This document shows, piece after piece, positions 48,561 to 59,058 of a stretch of DNA of 64,000 nt. The first letter of the stretch is position 1. Every line of letters starts with the position of its first letter. The stretch is taken from the NCBI GenBank assembly GCA_964531275.1, contig CAZHDZ010000004.1, forward strand, positions 73,887-137,886, in the 5' to 3' direction. This DNA comes from an uncultured Gammaproteobacteria bacterium. Lineage in GTDB: Bacteria > Patescibacteriota > Microgenomatia > Levybacterales > GWA1-39-11. Below the pieces are notes generated by a model. It ran no database searches. It was given only the letters and a program-made list of their open reading frames with translations, and was not told where the DNA came from. Position numbers and translations under genes: made by a program.

Positions 48561-49361
48561 CTAGTATTTGAAGTTAAGATCAATAGTCTTTTTATCTCCA
48601 TCTATTTCTCCAACTTTAAGTTGGACTATCTTTTTTGCATCAGCTTCGTCAATTGCAACTCCAATTCGTGTGTATTTTGTAGAGATTGCCTGAACTTCGA
48701 CTGGATCATTATGTATATCTGGAGCAAGTTGTTCAGTCTTATTACTTTGCGCAACAAGTCTCACATAATCCCTTGTATTCAATTGTATGGTCTGCTTAAG
48801 ATTGTTAGTAATTTTCAAACTAAGAATAAGAAAGACTCGTCCATCAACTGCTGTTGCTCTTTGTCCCTGCACAATAATCTGTTTTTGTATTGACGCAGAC
48901 TGAACAACATAATCAAATGAACCAACCTCTTTTCCTTTGTCATCCTTTAACGGAAATACAAATTTTCTATCTAAATGAACAGTTGCTAGGGCATTAAGAT
49001 TCGCAGACTTTTTTGAATCATCACTTACAGGCCTGCTTTGAGCATCAGGAAGAGATCTAACAATACTTATAATAGCGGCCAACACAATAACTCCAGCGAC
49101 AACAGGGATTATTTTTTTGAAATTCAATTTCTTAAAATCAAATCCTCCATTATTCATTTTTGGGAATCTTAGTCGTCGTGCTCTTGATGAAGCTTGTGAG
49201 GATGCATTATTAACACTCGAAGAAATAGGGTTATATATATTTGAAAATAGTACAACAGCTCGCTCAGCTACTCTTTGCATAAAAGCTTCAACATTGATTG
49301 TCGGAAGAGAAAATGATAACTCTACTTTTTTTGTTGTTGTGATAGGCGTTGGTGTTGTCAT
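48561..49361 (-). CDS. membrane-anchored Ig-like (DUF4352-like) protein
   Basis: TM followed by a beta-rich domain (FLILSLKITN); start moved to 49361, downstream of the promoter and hairpin. Confidence 0.65.
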   Translation of the reverse strand: MTTPTPITTTKKVELSFSLPTINVEAFMQRVAERAVVLFSNIYNPISSSVNNASSQASSRARRLRFPKMNNGGFDFKKLNFKKIIPVVAGVIVLAAIISIVRSLPDAQSRPVSDDSKKSANLNALATVHLDRKFVFPLKDDKGKEVGSFDYVVQSASIQKQIIVQGQRATAVDGRVFLILSLKITNNLKQTIQLNTRDYVRLVAQSNKTEQLAPDIHNDPVEVQAISTKYTRIGVAIDEADAKKIVQLKVGEIDGDKKTIDLNFKY

Positions 49362-49368
49362 ATTTTCC

Positions 49369-49439
49369 AAAAAAAATGCCCCGCATCTACGGGGCAGTAA
49401 GTTCTTACGGATCTTAGCAAAAGGAATTAGGGCTGTCAA
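49369..49439 (-). promoter_or_regulatory. promoter immediately followed by a terminator-like hairpin
   Basis: TTGACA(49439-49434)-17-TAAGAT(49416-49411); TGCCCCG-TAGATG-CGGGGCA-T8; ATG 7 nt later. Confidence 0.75.
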
Positions 49440-49524
49440 GATAGTTTTTGAGCAAAACAAAGGAAACAGTCATTGGTTATAGATTTCTCATGTGTATATA
49501 ATGGATTCTGGCAGTTTTTTTTGT

Positions 49525-50574
49525 ATGGTAAAAAATAGACTAAATCATATATTCGAATTCATTAAGCATCATAAGATTATTTCTATTGTTGTTATCGCTG
49601 TAATTTTAATAGTAGCTTTTTTTCTGAGACCAAAACCCCCAAAAGATATTCCTACCGAGCCTGTAACTAGGCATGAAATTATTCAGTCAGTAGCAATAAC
49701 CGGAAGCGTCACTGCTGAAAAAAATGTAGATCTTGCATTTCAAATCCCTGGAAAACTCACAATTTTAAATGTTAAAAAGGGGGATACCGTCACCCAAGGA
49801 CAAACAATTGCACTTCTTGACCAAAGGACTTCTCTTAAGAATTTGAAAAAGGCACTTCTTGACTACTCTATACAAAGAAATACTTATGAAACTTTTGCAA
49901 AGAACCAGCAAGCCTACAAACCGAGTGACGCTCTTAACGAGAGCATGAGAAGAATTCTTGAAAATAATCAATACAATCTTGATATTGCTGTAAATTCTGT
50001 AGAGCTTCAGGATCTTGCTCGAGAACAGTCAATTCTTACTACACCAATATCTGGCATCATCACACGTGCGGATGCCAAAAGTAATGGCGTAAATATTGGA
50101 GTTACTACAGTATTTTCTGTTGTCGATCCGACTTCTCTCAGTTTTAGAATGGAAGTAGATGAAGCGGACATCAGCAAGATTGAGCCGGGCCAAGCAGTTG
50201 AAGTAATACTTAATTCTTATCCAGACAAAACATTTAAGCTGAAGGTTTCTGACATCGATTTTGTTACTCATACAACTTCAACCGGTGGAAATGCTTTTGA
50301 TGTCAAGGCAGCAATCTCCTCACAAGTCAATTCCCCACTGCGTGTCGGCATGAATGGAAATGCTACGATCATCACAAACAAAAAAAGCAATGTGATAACA
50401 ATCCCTTTGGCAAGCCTACTTGACGATAACACTGTATACATAAAAGAGGGAATGAGCTATACGAAGAAAAAAGTAAAACTCGGTATTCAAAGTGATACTG
50501 AAGCTGAGGTTATTTCGGGTCTATCGGAAGGCAATATTTTAGTATTAGATCCCTCACAAATCCCTGCCAAATAA
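49525..50574 (+). CDS. MacA-like membrane fusion (adaptor) protein
   Basis: TM, lipoyl motifs (VKKGDTV, TPISG), VDEADI; start moved to 49525. Confidence 0.9.
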   Translation: MVKNRLNHIFEFIKHHKIISIVVIAVILIVAFFLRPKPPKDIPTEPVTRHEIIQSVAITGSVTAEKNVDLAFQIPGKLTILNVKKGDTVTQGQTIALLDQRTSLKNLKKALLDYSIQRNTYETFAKNQQAYKPSDALNESMRRILENNQYNLDIAVNSVELQDLAREQSILTTPISGIITRADAKSNGVNIGVTTVFSVVDPTSLSFRMEVDEADISKIEPGQAVEVILNSYPDKTFKLKVSDIDFVTHTTSTGGNAFDVKAAISSQVNSPLRVGMNGNATIITNKKSNVITIPLASLLDDNTVYIKEGMSYTKKKVKLGIQSDTEAEVISGLSEGNILVLDPSQIPAK

Positions 50575-50580
50575 TCCGAC

Positions 50581-51255
50581 ATGAACCAAAAAACTGTAAT
50601 AAAGCTTGAAAATGTAACGAAGGATTATGTGACTGGGGATGTTGTAACCCAAGTTTTAAAAGGCGTTACCCTTACCGTTAATCGAGGAGACTTCATAGCA
50701 ATCACAGGAAGATCGGGAAGTGGCAAGTCAACCCTCATGAATATTATTGGGCTTTTGGATACCCCAACTTCCGGTAAATATATTCTCAATAATACAGCTG
50801 TTGAAAATTTTAGCGAAGATGAGTTGTCAGCAATACGTAACAAGCAGATAGGATTTGTATTTCAATCCTTCAATCTACTCTCACGCTCCACCACTCTTGA
50901 AAATGTAATTTTGCCTTCTATATATGCGGGGACGCCCGAAAAAGTTCGGGTTGCACGAGCCAAAGAAATACTAGCAAAGCTTGGTCTTTCTGAACGCATG
51001 AATAATCGTCCAAATCAACTATCTGGAGGGCAGCAACAAAGAGTAGCAATAGCCCGCTCATTGATGAATGATCCGGATTTTATTTTGGCCGATGAGCCAA
51101 CCGGCAATCTTGATACAAGTTCAGGAAATGATGTGATGGGAATATTAAAAGAACTCAACGGTCAAGGCAAAACAATAGTACTTATCACACACGAAATGGA
51201 TATAGCACGCCAAGCAAAAAAAATAATAAAGATGGTCGACGGCGCGATTTCTTAA
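50581..51255 (+). CDS. MacB/LolD-type ABC ATPase
   Basis: [31 protein letters not shown]. Confidence 0.96.
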   Translation: MNQKTVIKLENVTKDYVTGDVVTQVLKGVTLTVNRGDFIAITGRSGSGKSTLMNIIGLLDTPTSGKYILNNTAVENFSEDELSAIRNKQIGFVFQSFNLLSRSTTLENVILPSIYAGTPEKVRVARAKEILAKLGLSERMNNRPNQLSGGQQQRVAIARSLMNDPDFILADEPTGNLDTSSGNDVMGILKELNGQGKTIVLITHEMDIARQAKKIIKMVDGAIS

Positions 51256-51256
51256 T

Positions 51257-52450
51257 ATGGAAGTAAAAGAATTATTCAGACTTTCTTATAGATCTCTAGT
51301 TGCAAACAAATTGCGAAGTTTTTTAACAACCCTTGGCATTATCATTGGAGTATTTGCAATTATCATGTTAGTTTCTGTTGGAACTGGCCTCCAGACATAC
51401 ATTACAAATCAAGTCCAGGGATTTGGATCAAACCTTATTTTTATCATTCCTGGAAGTGGTACAGGAGGAAGAACGCCAGGGGGTGTTGTAATCAACAAAT
51501 TAGTGGTTTCTGATGCGGTAAATATTTCCACAAAGCTAAGGTCCTACGCAACTGTAGCCCCCGTATTCCAACAAGCAGCTGGAGTAAAGTATAAGAACAA
51601 AACAGAAAAAGGAGTGTCGATTTTAGGTACAACAGCCAATTACGATGACACTGTGAAAAATGCATATGTTGAAGTAGGTACATTTTTCACGGAAAGCCAA
51701 GCACGATCTGGAGCAAACGTTGCGGTAATAGGAACTTCCATAAAAGACGGTTTATTCCCGAATGAGTCTCCAATTGGGAAACGCATGTATATAGGGAATA
51801 ATATCTATACAATTATCGGAATTCTTAACAAAAGAGGGGCCATATTTGGCATTGATCAAGATAAGGTTGCAGTAATTCCATTGGCAGCTTCCCGCAAACA
51901 ATTTGGAGTCAATCAAATTAATGCAATTTATGTCTCTGCCAATAATGAAAATCAAATACGATTCATCGAACGACAGGTAAAATCAGTGTTATTACGAAGA
52001 CTTACTGAAGATGACTTTACTGTACAATCCGCTGAATCGAGCCTTGAGATTGTTGGAAATGTTACAAATATTCTGTCATTGGCACTAGGGGGAATTGCAG
52101 CAATATCTCTTTTAGTAGGAGGTATCGGCGTTGCAAATATCATGCTTGTTTCGGTTACTGAGAGGACCCGGGAAATTGGTCTTAGAAAAGCGTTGGGTGC
52201 AAAAAGAGCTGACATTTTAAAACAATTTTTACTTGAAGCTGTCATCCTCTCTCTCATAGGAGGCACTGTGGGAATTATTTTAGGACTTATAGGGTCATTT
52301 ATTCTGGCACAGATTCTAGTTTCATCAGTTACACCATGGTCAGTAATTCTTGCTTTCACTTTCTCAATACTCATCGGCGTTATCTTCGGTATGGCACCTG
52401 CTATTCGAGCTTCAAAATTATCCCCAATAGATGCACTCAGGTACGAGTAA
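51257..52450 (+). CDS. MacB/FtsX-type ABC permease
   Basis: RSFLTTLGIIIG, VGGIGVANIMLVSVTERTREIG, PIDALRYE. Confidence 0.96.
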   Translation: MEVKELFRLSYRSLVANKLRSFLTTLGIIIGVFAIIMLVSVGTGLQTYITNQVQGFGSNLIFIIPGSGTGGRTPGGVVINKLVVSDAVNISTKLRSYATVAPVFQQAAGVKYKNKTEKGVSILGTTANYDDTVKNAYVEVGTFFTESQARSGANVAVIGTSIKDGLFPNESPIGKRMYIGNNIYTIIGILNKRGAIFGIDQDKVAVIPLAASRKQFGVNQINAIYVSANNENQIRFIERQVKSVLLRRLTEDDFTVQSAESSLEIVGNVTNILSLALGGIAAISLLVGGIGVANIMLVSVTERTREIGLRKALGAKRADILKQFLLEAVILSLIGGTVGIILGLIGSFILAQILVSSVTPWSVILAFTFSILIGVIFGMAPAIRASKLSPIDALRYE

Positions 52451-52496
52451 TCCCCTTGTCGTTTGCGCTCAAAAATGATACAATCTGTATCTTAAT

Positions 52497-54002
52497 ATGG
52501 CAACTTCCAAAAGAAGGTTGCCGAGCTCAAGAAGATCTGCCCCGGTCTCCCGCTTTGAAAGGTTTGGCGATATCAAACAAACAGTTGATTCAAGAATTTC
52601 TGATTTGAAAATCAAAAAACGCTACAACAATAGCGTTGCTTTTGCGCAGAAAAAACCTTTTACAAGCTTTTTCATTGTCCTTGGAGCCTTACTTCTTATT
52701 ATCATTCTCGGAAGCACTATCTTTAGCGTTAAAAGTCCAAAGATCGAAGGAAGAACCATGCCAAAGAACGTAAATGTTTATAGACTTGGAGCCTCTCCAA
52801 GAATTTCTGTACAGGGTGAAGTTAAAAAAGGTGGCGTTGTTAAGATAGTCGCCTCAACTCCCGGAATTGTTAATTCAATTAATGTATATGAAGGGGACTC
52901 TATTGAAAAAGGAACAGTTATCCTCAATCTTGCATCTAATTATGAAGGTGCAAATGCTGCGACTCTTCAACGCCAGCTTGCAGGATCATCTTATCAAAAC
53001 ACTAAAGATACGTATGATACACAAAAAGACCTTATTCAAAAACAACGAGATCTTGCAAATCTACAAAGCACAAACGCTGAAGGCATAAGGAAAATAACCC
53101 AAACATCGATTGAAGAAACAGAGCAACTTATTAATCTCAACTCAGAACTTATAAATCCTATTAAATCTCAGATTGCATCTCTTCAAAGTAGCAACGGCAG
53201 CCCTACGCAAATTGCAGAACTTCAGTCATTGCAGTCACAACTACAAGGAGGCATTAATCAGCTACAGTCAGCGCTTCGCGCAAGCAGGCTTCAAGTTGAT
53301 CCGAGCAAAGCCCCAGTTGCACTTGAAAAAATTGGACATGAAATTGCCCTAAAACAAATAGCTCTACAAGAAAGAGCATTGAAATTTGGACTTGAAGCAG
53401 CAGGAATACAATTCAGACTTGCCCAAGTTCAGGAGTCAACTATGTATCCTTCGTCTCCATTCAATGCAGTTGTACAAAAGATTAATGTCAAAGTTGGGGA
53501 CTCAGTTAATCCTGGTGCAACACTTGCAACACTAGCAGGGGACAGCGGAGACGTTGTAGTTGATGCAAAGGTTCCGAAAGAAATAGCTGAAAAAGTTTCG
53601 AAAATTGAAAAGGCTGTTATTGATATAAATGGAAAGAAAATTGAACTAATGCCTTCCTATGTATCAACAGAGGCAACTGATGGTCAATTATATTCTGTTC
53701 TCTTTACCTTGCCTACTGAATACAAAAAGCTCTTTACTGATAGCTCATTCGTAAGTGTCTCACTACCCATTGGAGAAACCATAGGATCGACAATACCGTT
53801 TGTGCCGGTTGATAGCGTTTTTCAGACACAGGATGAGGCATTTGTTTTCGTAATAGAAGGTGGGAAAGCACGATCAAGAAAAGTAAAACTCGGACCAGTT
53901 ACCGGAAGTTATGTCACCATCGAACAAGGATTAACGTCTCGTGATCAGGTAATTCTTAATAGAACTGTTATTGATGGAGATTCTGTAAAAGTTCAGAACT
54001 AA
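52497..54002 (+). CDS. HlyD/RND adaptor protein
   Basis: TM, lipoyl halves and long coiled coil; upstream of the RND gene. Confidence 0.88.
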   Translation: MATSKRRLPSSRRSAPVSRFERFGDIKQTVDSRISDLKIKKRYNNSVAFAQKKPFTSFFIVLGALLLIIILGSTIFSVKSPKIEGRTMPKNVNVYRLGASPRISVQGEVKKGGVVKIVASTPGIVNSINVYEGDSIEKGTVILNLASNYEGANAATLQRQLAGSSYQNTKDTYDTQKDLIQKQRDLANLQSTNAEGIRKITQTSIEETEQLINLNSELINPIKSQIASLQSSNGSPTQIAELQSLQSQLQGGINQLQSALRASRLQVDPSKAPVALEKIGHEIALKQIALQERALKFGLEAAGIQFRLAQVQESTMYPSSPFNAVVQKINVKVGDSVNPGATLATLAGDSGDVVVDAKVPKEIAEKVSKIEKAVIDINGKKIELMPSYVSTEATDGQLYSVLFTLPTEYKKLFTDSSFVSVSLPIGETIGSTIPFVPVDSVFQTQDEAFVFVIEGGKARSRKVKLGPVTGSYVTIEQGLTSRDQVILNRTVIDGDSVKVQN

Positions 54003-54007
54003 TATGT

Positions 54008-57000
54008 ATGAGCACATCCAAGTATTTACAAAAATTAAAGTTTGATCCACGTTTATCGAATTCGTTTTTCGCGAAGTATCTTTCCAATTTCAGACTAGTA
54101 ACGCTTGTTGTCCTTGCTGTAATTGCTTTTGGCGCATCAGCATATGCTTCTCTTCCAAGAAAATTAAATCCGACAATTAATATTCCGCTTGTTATTGTGT
54201 CGACAGTTCTTCCGGGAGGAAGCCCTTCAGACATAGAATCTCTTATCAGCGTGCCAATCGAGGATGCTGTAAATGGTATTGAGAAAATCAAGCAGGTCAC
54301 ATCTTCTTCCCGAGATTCAGTATCTATAGTTACTATTGAATTTGAATCGGGAACAGATCCTGAAAAGGCAAAGACTGAAGTAGACTCTGCTGTTAAATCT
54401 ATTTCAGATCTTCCTGAAGACGCTTTAGATCCGACCGTTACAAAACTAGACTTTGAAAATCAACCTATTTGGACATTTAATTTAGTGTCTTCTCGTGATG
54501 ACAGAGCAAGTCTTATCCGTTTTTCAAGAGACCTAAAAAATGATCTTGAAGAATTGGCAACAATTGATAGAGTCGCTATCACTGGAATTGATGAACAAGA
54601 AATTCAAGTAATTCTAAAACCTGAAGTTATTAGCTCATATGGAATAAATCCACTTCAGCTAACTAGCACTATCAAAAATAGTCTTAGCTCCTTCCCAGCA
54701 GGAACCGTAAGAACAAAGGACTCGACCTTCTCTCTCACCATAGACCAAGGAGCTATAACCGTAAATGACATTAGGGATATAAAAATTTCACTGGATGGAT
54801 CTATTGTTCCCCTTGGGGATATAGCAGAAATAAAAGAAGTCTCAAAGCCTGATCAGAATCAGTCTTACATCATGACCGAAGGCAAGGTTCATTCATCAGT
54901 TAGCTTTAACGTCTTCAGAGTTACGTCAACTAATATTGAGCGCGCAAGTGGTGATGCTGAAAAATTGGTGGACCAAAAACTCGAGGAAGAGGGTGGAAGA
55001 TTTTCTATCAGAACAATAACTAATGCTTCAGAAGTTCTAACGGAAGAATTCGGAAACCTTATAAGAGACGTTATCATTACAATTATTTTGGTTTTTGGGG
55101 TACTCCTCGTATTCTTAGGTATCCGTCAGGCCCTGATATCAATGCTTTCTGTTCCACTAACATTTTTAATTACGTTTCTTGTTATGCAATTTGCAGGAAT
55201 CGAATTTTCGTTTCTTGCTACCTTTTCCCTACTACTCTCTCTAGGACTTTTGGTTGATGACACTATCGTTGTTATTTCTGCCATGACTTCTTATTTCAGA
55301 ACTAAAAAATTCACTCCATACGAGACCGCACTCTTGGTCTTTCGAGACTTTAAAGTAGCAATTCTTACAACTACCATTACAACTGTATGGGCATTCGTTC
55401 CTCTTATATTAGGGACAGGAATTATCGGGGAATTCATAAAGCCTATTCCAATAGTTGTGTCATCAGCTCTTCTTGGATCTCTTTTTGTGGCATTCTTTAT
55501 AACAATTCCTTTCATGGTCTTCTTATTAAAGCCAACTCTACCATTTAGAGTAAAAGTTCTTTTTATAGGATTACTTTTTGCAGCTATTATCTATGGCCTT
55601 TTTTACATAGTGCTTCCTCAATCTAATATTGTCCTAATAGAAATTCTTGCATTCATATTTTTTGCTTTTGCTGTTTTCAAATTATGGGGGCACTCAAAAG
55701 AAAGAATTCTAAATGAAGTGAACACGAGATTTAATACTGAATTTGATTTCAGAAGTGCGCTTAGTAATGGTCTTTTACACTTCGATGTGATTGAGAAAAG
55801 ATATCATGTAGTTCTTGAAAAAATTCTGCACTCAAGAAAGGCACGAAGAAATACAGTGTTATTTGTAGGAATCTTTTTACTTTTTTCTTTCTTGCTGCTC
55901 CCATTTGGATTTGTAAAAAATGAATTCTTCCCCAAGACCGATGAAGATAATTTATATATCTCTATAGAATTTCCTACCGGGACAAATGCCGAGACATCTA
56001 GAGAGAAAGGGTTGACATTCTTCAACTCTCTTAAAAATATTCCTGAAGCAGAATTTATAACCCTAGAGACAGGCCAAGGATATTCATCTGACCAAGGACC
56101 AGGTGGAAGTGGAGGGAACAGTGTCCTTTTCTCTTTTGCCTTAGATCCAAAAAGAGAAAAGACCTCATCGGACTTAGCAACTGAGCTTCGAAATAAATTT
56201 GCCAACTACGATGATGGAAAAATTTCAGTCAATGAAGTATCTGGTGGACCACCAGCAGGATCGGATCTTCAAATAAAGCTATTTGGGCCTGATCTGTCGG
56301 CCCTAGACTCCTATGCAGGAAAAATTCAGAATTATCTCTCAAAGCAAAAAGGCGTAACGAATATCGATAAGACGATAAAGCCTGGAACTTCAAAATTAGT
56401 ATTTATTCCTGACCAGACAAAGCTTGCAAGCAATAACATGACCCTTGATCAATTAGGTATTTGGTTGAGAATTTTCGCTTCAGGATTCCAAGCAGATACT
56501 CTTAAGATGCCTGATGAAACAGATCTAACGCAAGACATAACGATAAGACTTGGAGGATCTACGCAAAATATCGAAGATATCTCAAGGATTGCAATACCTA
56601 CACAAAATGGATCAGTACTTCTTACGTCTCTAGGAAAGCTTGAGCTTCGCACGAATCCAACCCTTATTACTCGTGAAGATGGTAAAAGAACTTTATCGGT
56701 AACAGCAGGAGTAATTGCTGGAAATAATGTTGCGGCTATGAACGCTGATCTTGAAAAATATGCTGATAGTCTAAATCTCCCCCAAGGATATGGATGGGCA
56801 ACAGGAGGAGCAAATGAGGAGAATCAGAATTCGGTTAACTCAATCCTGCAAGCAATGCTTCTTTCATTTGTTCTTATTATTGCAACGCTAGTTCTTCAAT
56901 TTTCATCATTTAGACGCGCTCTTATTGTTATGCTTGTTATCCCACTATCGATAACAGGAGTATTTATAATTTTTGCGTTAACAAATACGCCACTTTCTTT

Positions 57001-57340
57001 CCCGGCTCTTATTGGAGTACTGGCGCTTTTTGGAATTGTTGTTAAAAATTCTATTCTTGTTGTTGATAAGATCCTGACAAATCAAGCAACAGGCATGCCA
57101 TTTGTAGACTCGATAGTTGAAGCGTCAACTTCCAGGCTAGAACCAATCGCACTTACCTCTATTGCAACAATTGTTGGACTTATCCCAATAACTCTTTCTG
57201 ACCCTCTATGGCGTGGTCTTGGTGGAGCAATTATTGCAGGCCTAGCCTTCTCTGGAACGATCATGTTGTTCTTTATCCCTGTTGTGTATTACATGATTTA
57301 TTCCAGATATCACAAGGACGAGCTTCCAAAGAATGGGTGA
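54008..57340 (+). CDS. AcrB-family RND efflux transporter
   Basis: PGGSP..IE, GLLVDD, GIIGEF, GIVVKNSI, R.EPI.LTS. Confidence 0.96.
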   Translation: MSTSKYLQKLKFDPRLSNSFFAKYLSNFRLVTLVVLAVIAFGASAYASLPRKLNPTINIPLVIVSTVLPGGSPSDIESLISVPIEDAVNGIEKIKQVTSSSRDSVSIVTIEFESGTDPEKAKTEVDSAVKSISDLPEDALDPTVTKLDFENQPIWTFNLVSSRDDRASLIRFSRDLKNDLEELATIDRVAITGIDEQEIQVILKPEVISSYGINPLQLTSTIKNSLSSFPAGTVRTKDSTFSLTIDQGAITVNDIRDIKISLDGSIVPLGDIAEIKEVSKPDQNQSYIMTEGKVHSSVSFNVFRVTSTNIERASGDAEKLVDQKLEEEGGRFSIRTITNASEVLTEEFGNLIRDVIITIILVFGVLLVFLGIRQALISMLSVPLTFLITFLVMQFAGIEFSFLATFSLLLSLGLLVDDTIVVISAMTSYFRTKKFTPYETALLVFRDFKVAILTTTITTVWAFVPLILGTGIIGEFIKPIPIVVSSALLGSLFVAFFITIPFMVFLLKPTLPFRVKVLFIGLLFAAIIYGLFYIVLPQSNIVLIEILAFIFFAFAVFKLWGHSKERILNEVNTRFNTEFDFRSALSNGLLHFDVIEKRYHVVLEKILHSRKARRNTVLFVGIFLLFSFLLLPFGFVKNEFFPKTDEDNLYISIEFPTGTNAETSREKGLTFFNSLKNIPEAEFITLETGQGYSSDQGPGGSGGNSVLFSFALDPKREKTSSDLATELRNKFANYDDGKISVNEVSGGPPAGSDLQIKLFGPDLSALDSYAGKIQNYLSKQKGVTNIDKTIKPGTSKLVFIPDQTKLASNNMTLDQLGIWLRIFASGFQADTLKMPDETDLTQDITIRLGGSTQNIEDISRIAIPTQNGSVLLTSLGKLELRTNPTLITREDGKRTLSVTAGVIAGNNVAAMNADLEKYADSLNLPQGYGWATGGANEENQNSVNSILQAMLLSFVLIIATLVLQFSSFRRALIVMLVIPLSITGVFIIFALTNTPLSFPALIGVLALFGIVVKNSILVVDKILTNQATGMPFVDSIVEASTSRLEPIALTSIATIVGLIPITLSDPLWRGLGGAIIAGLAFSGTIMLFFIPVVYYMIYSRYHKDELPKNG

Positions 57341-57355
57341 TGATATACTCTCTTC

Positions 57356-58159
57356 GTGAACCCCGAAATTAAAGCATTTCAAAAGAAAATTTACGCTTTT
57401 TTCAAAGATAACAGACGGGATTTTCCATGGCGAAATACAACCGATCCTTATAAGATTTTGGTATCTGAAGTCATGCTTCAACAGACCCAAACCTCTCGTG
57501 TAGTTGAAAAGTATCTTGCCTTCATAAAAAGTTTTCCTGATACTAAAACCCTTGCAGGAGCAACATTTCCTGAGGTCTTACGGCTTTGGCAGGGGCTTGG
57601 CTATAATAGGCGGGCGATGTGGCTTAAAAAGTCATCTGAAATTATCTCAAAAGACTTAGGAGGTATTTTTCCAAACACTCAGAAAGAACTAACAAAACTT
57701 CCAGGTATCGGAACGAATACTGCAGGTGCTATTGTCGCCTTTGCATTTAATGAGCCGGTTGTATTTATCGAAACAAATATTAGGCGTGTTTTTATTCATG
57801 ACTTTTTTAAAGACGCTGAGAATATTTCAGACGAAGAGATCCTTCCCCTTATTGAAGAAGCTCTTCCTCCGAAAGACGTACGCGAATGGTACTATGCCTT
57901 AATGGACTACGGAGTATTTCTTGCAAAGCAGACTATCAATCCAAATCGAAAGAGCAAACACTACTCAGTACAATCTAAATTTAAAGGATCAATGCGCCAA
58001 ACAAGAGGGGAAATATTAAAAGAGCTATTAATAGGAAGTCAGGAATCAAAAGACGTAAAAAATAAAATAAAAAGTGAGCATTTCAAAATAGCTCTTGAAC
58101 AGCTCATGGATGAAGGCTTTGTTGAAAAAAATGGGAAAGTATTACAATTGAAGTCTTGA
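57356..58159 (+). CDS. mutY: A/G-specific adenine glycosylase, short Fe-S-less form
   Basis: FPWR, LVSEVMLQQT, W.GLGY..RA, LPGIG..TA, ALMDYG; no Cys cluster. Confidence 0.88.
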   Translation: MNPEIKAFQKKIYAFFKDNRRDFPWRNTTDPYKILVSEVMLQQTQTSRVVEKYLAFIKSFPDTKTLAGATFPEVLRLWQGLGYNRRAMWLKKSSEIISKDLGGIFPNTQKELTKLPGIGTNTAGAIVAFAFNEPVVFIETNIRRVFIHDFFKDAENISDEEILPLIEEALPPKDVREWYYALMDYGVFLAKQTINPNRKSKHYSVQSKFKGSMRQTRGEILKELLIGSQESKDVKNKIKSEHFKIALEQLMDEGFVEKNGKVLQLKS

Positions 58160-58191
58160 TTTTAATACCACAATTCTCGTAAACTAATTAG

Positions 58192-58980
58192 GTGGCTATC
58201 GATAAACATTTCCTCAAAGAGAATAAACTCGTTGTAAATACTGCCTGGATACTTGGCCTTATACTCATATTCTTATGGGCGGTTAATTTCTTCAATATCG
58301 CTTACCCCCTTACTGTAACCTCAAAACAAAGCTCAGGAGAATTAGCTGTTGTAGGCGTTGGAAAAGTTGATACTACTCCAGATACAGCATCAGTTGATCT
58401 TGGAATTGTAGTAAATGACGCAAAGACAATTGAAGAGGCATCAACCCAGATCAATAAAGTTAACAATGATATAGTAACTGGTCTTACTGCACTAGGAATT
58501 GAAAAGGGAGATATCAAAACTTCCAATTATTCTATTAATCCTAACTACGATTACACAAGAGTTCCAAATGGCACAATCACAGGCTACAGTGGGAATACTA
58601 CAGTTACAGTAAAGGTAAAAGATACAACAAAATTACCTCAAGTAATTGAAGCAGGAACAAAGGGCGGTGCTAACCAAGTTATGGGCACTAACTACACCAT
58701 CGATAAGCCTGAAGATTATCAAGAACAAGCTCGTAAAAAGGCTATCCAAAATGCTAAAGAGCAGGCAAATAAAATGGCTTCAGAGTTAGGAATAAGACTA
58801 GGACGCGTCGTAAATATTGTTGAATCTTCAAGCAGCAATGGACCAATACCAATGATGTATGCAAAGTCAGCTGTTATGAATCTTGATGCACGAGGAGGAA
58901 CCAATGCTCCTATCCCAGAACTCCAACCAGGAACCCAAACAATCACCTCAACCGTTACCTTGTATTTCGAAACACGTTAG
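58192..58980 (+). CDS. SIMPL (DUF541) domain protein
   Basis: G.GKV...PD.A, DIKTSNYSINP.Y, A..NAK..A..MA..LG..LG, PG.Q.I...VT..FE. Confidence 0.92.
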   Translation: MAIDKHFLKENKLVVNTAWILGLILIFLWAVNFFNIAYPLTVTSKQSSGELAVVGVGKVDTTPDTASVDLGIVVNDAKTIEEASTQINKVNNDIVTGLTALGIEKGDIKTSNYSINPNYDYTRVPNGTITGYSGNTTVTVKVKDTTKLPQVIEAGTKGGANQVMGTNYTIDKPEDYQEQARKKAIQNAKEQANKMASELGIRLGRVVNIVESSSSNGPIPMMYAKSAVMNLDARGGTNAPIPELQPGTQTITSTVTLYFETR

Positions 58981-58984
58981 ACAA

Positions 58985-59034
58985 TGTACCCTAAGCATGG
59001 TCGAAGGGTAACCCTCTACTTCGAGACTAGATAA
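58985..59034 (+). repeat. REP-like palindrome plus recoded copy of the SIMPL 3' end
   Basis: TACCCT-AAGCATGGTCGA-AGGGTA, then GTA ACC CTC TAC TTC GAG ACT AGA TAA = VTLYFETR*. Confidence 0.8.
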
Positions 59035-59058
59035 CCTTTTAAACACTTGCTGATGTAT

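Noticed and set aside
49525-57340. MacAB/RND exporters as a dedicated filament secretion system
   Set aside because: These exporters are common, the subunits have Sec-type signal peptides, and adjacency is the only link.
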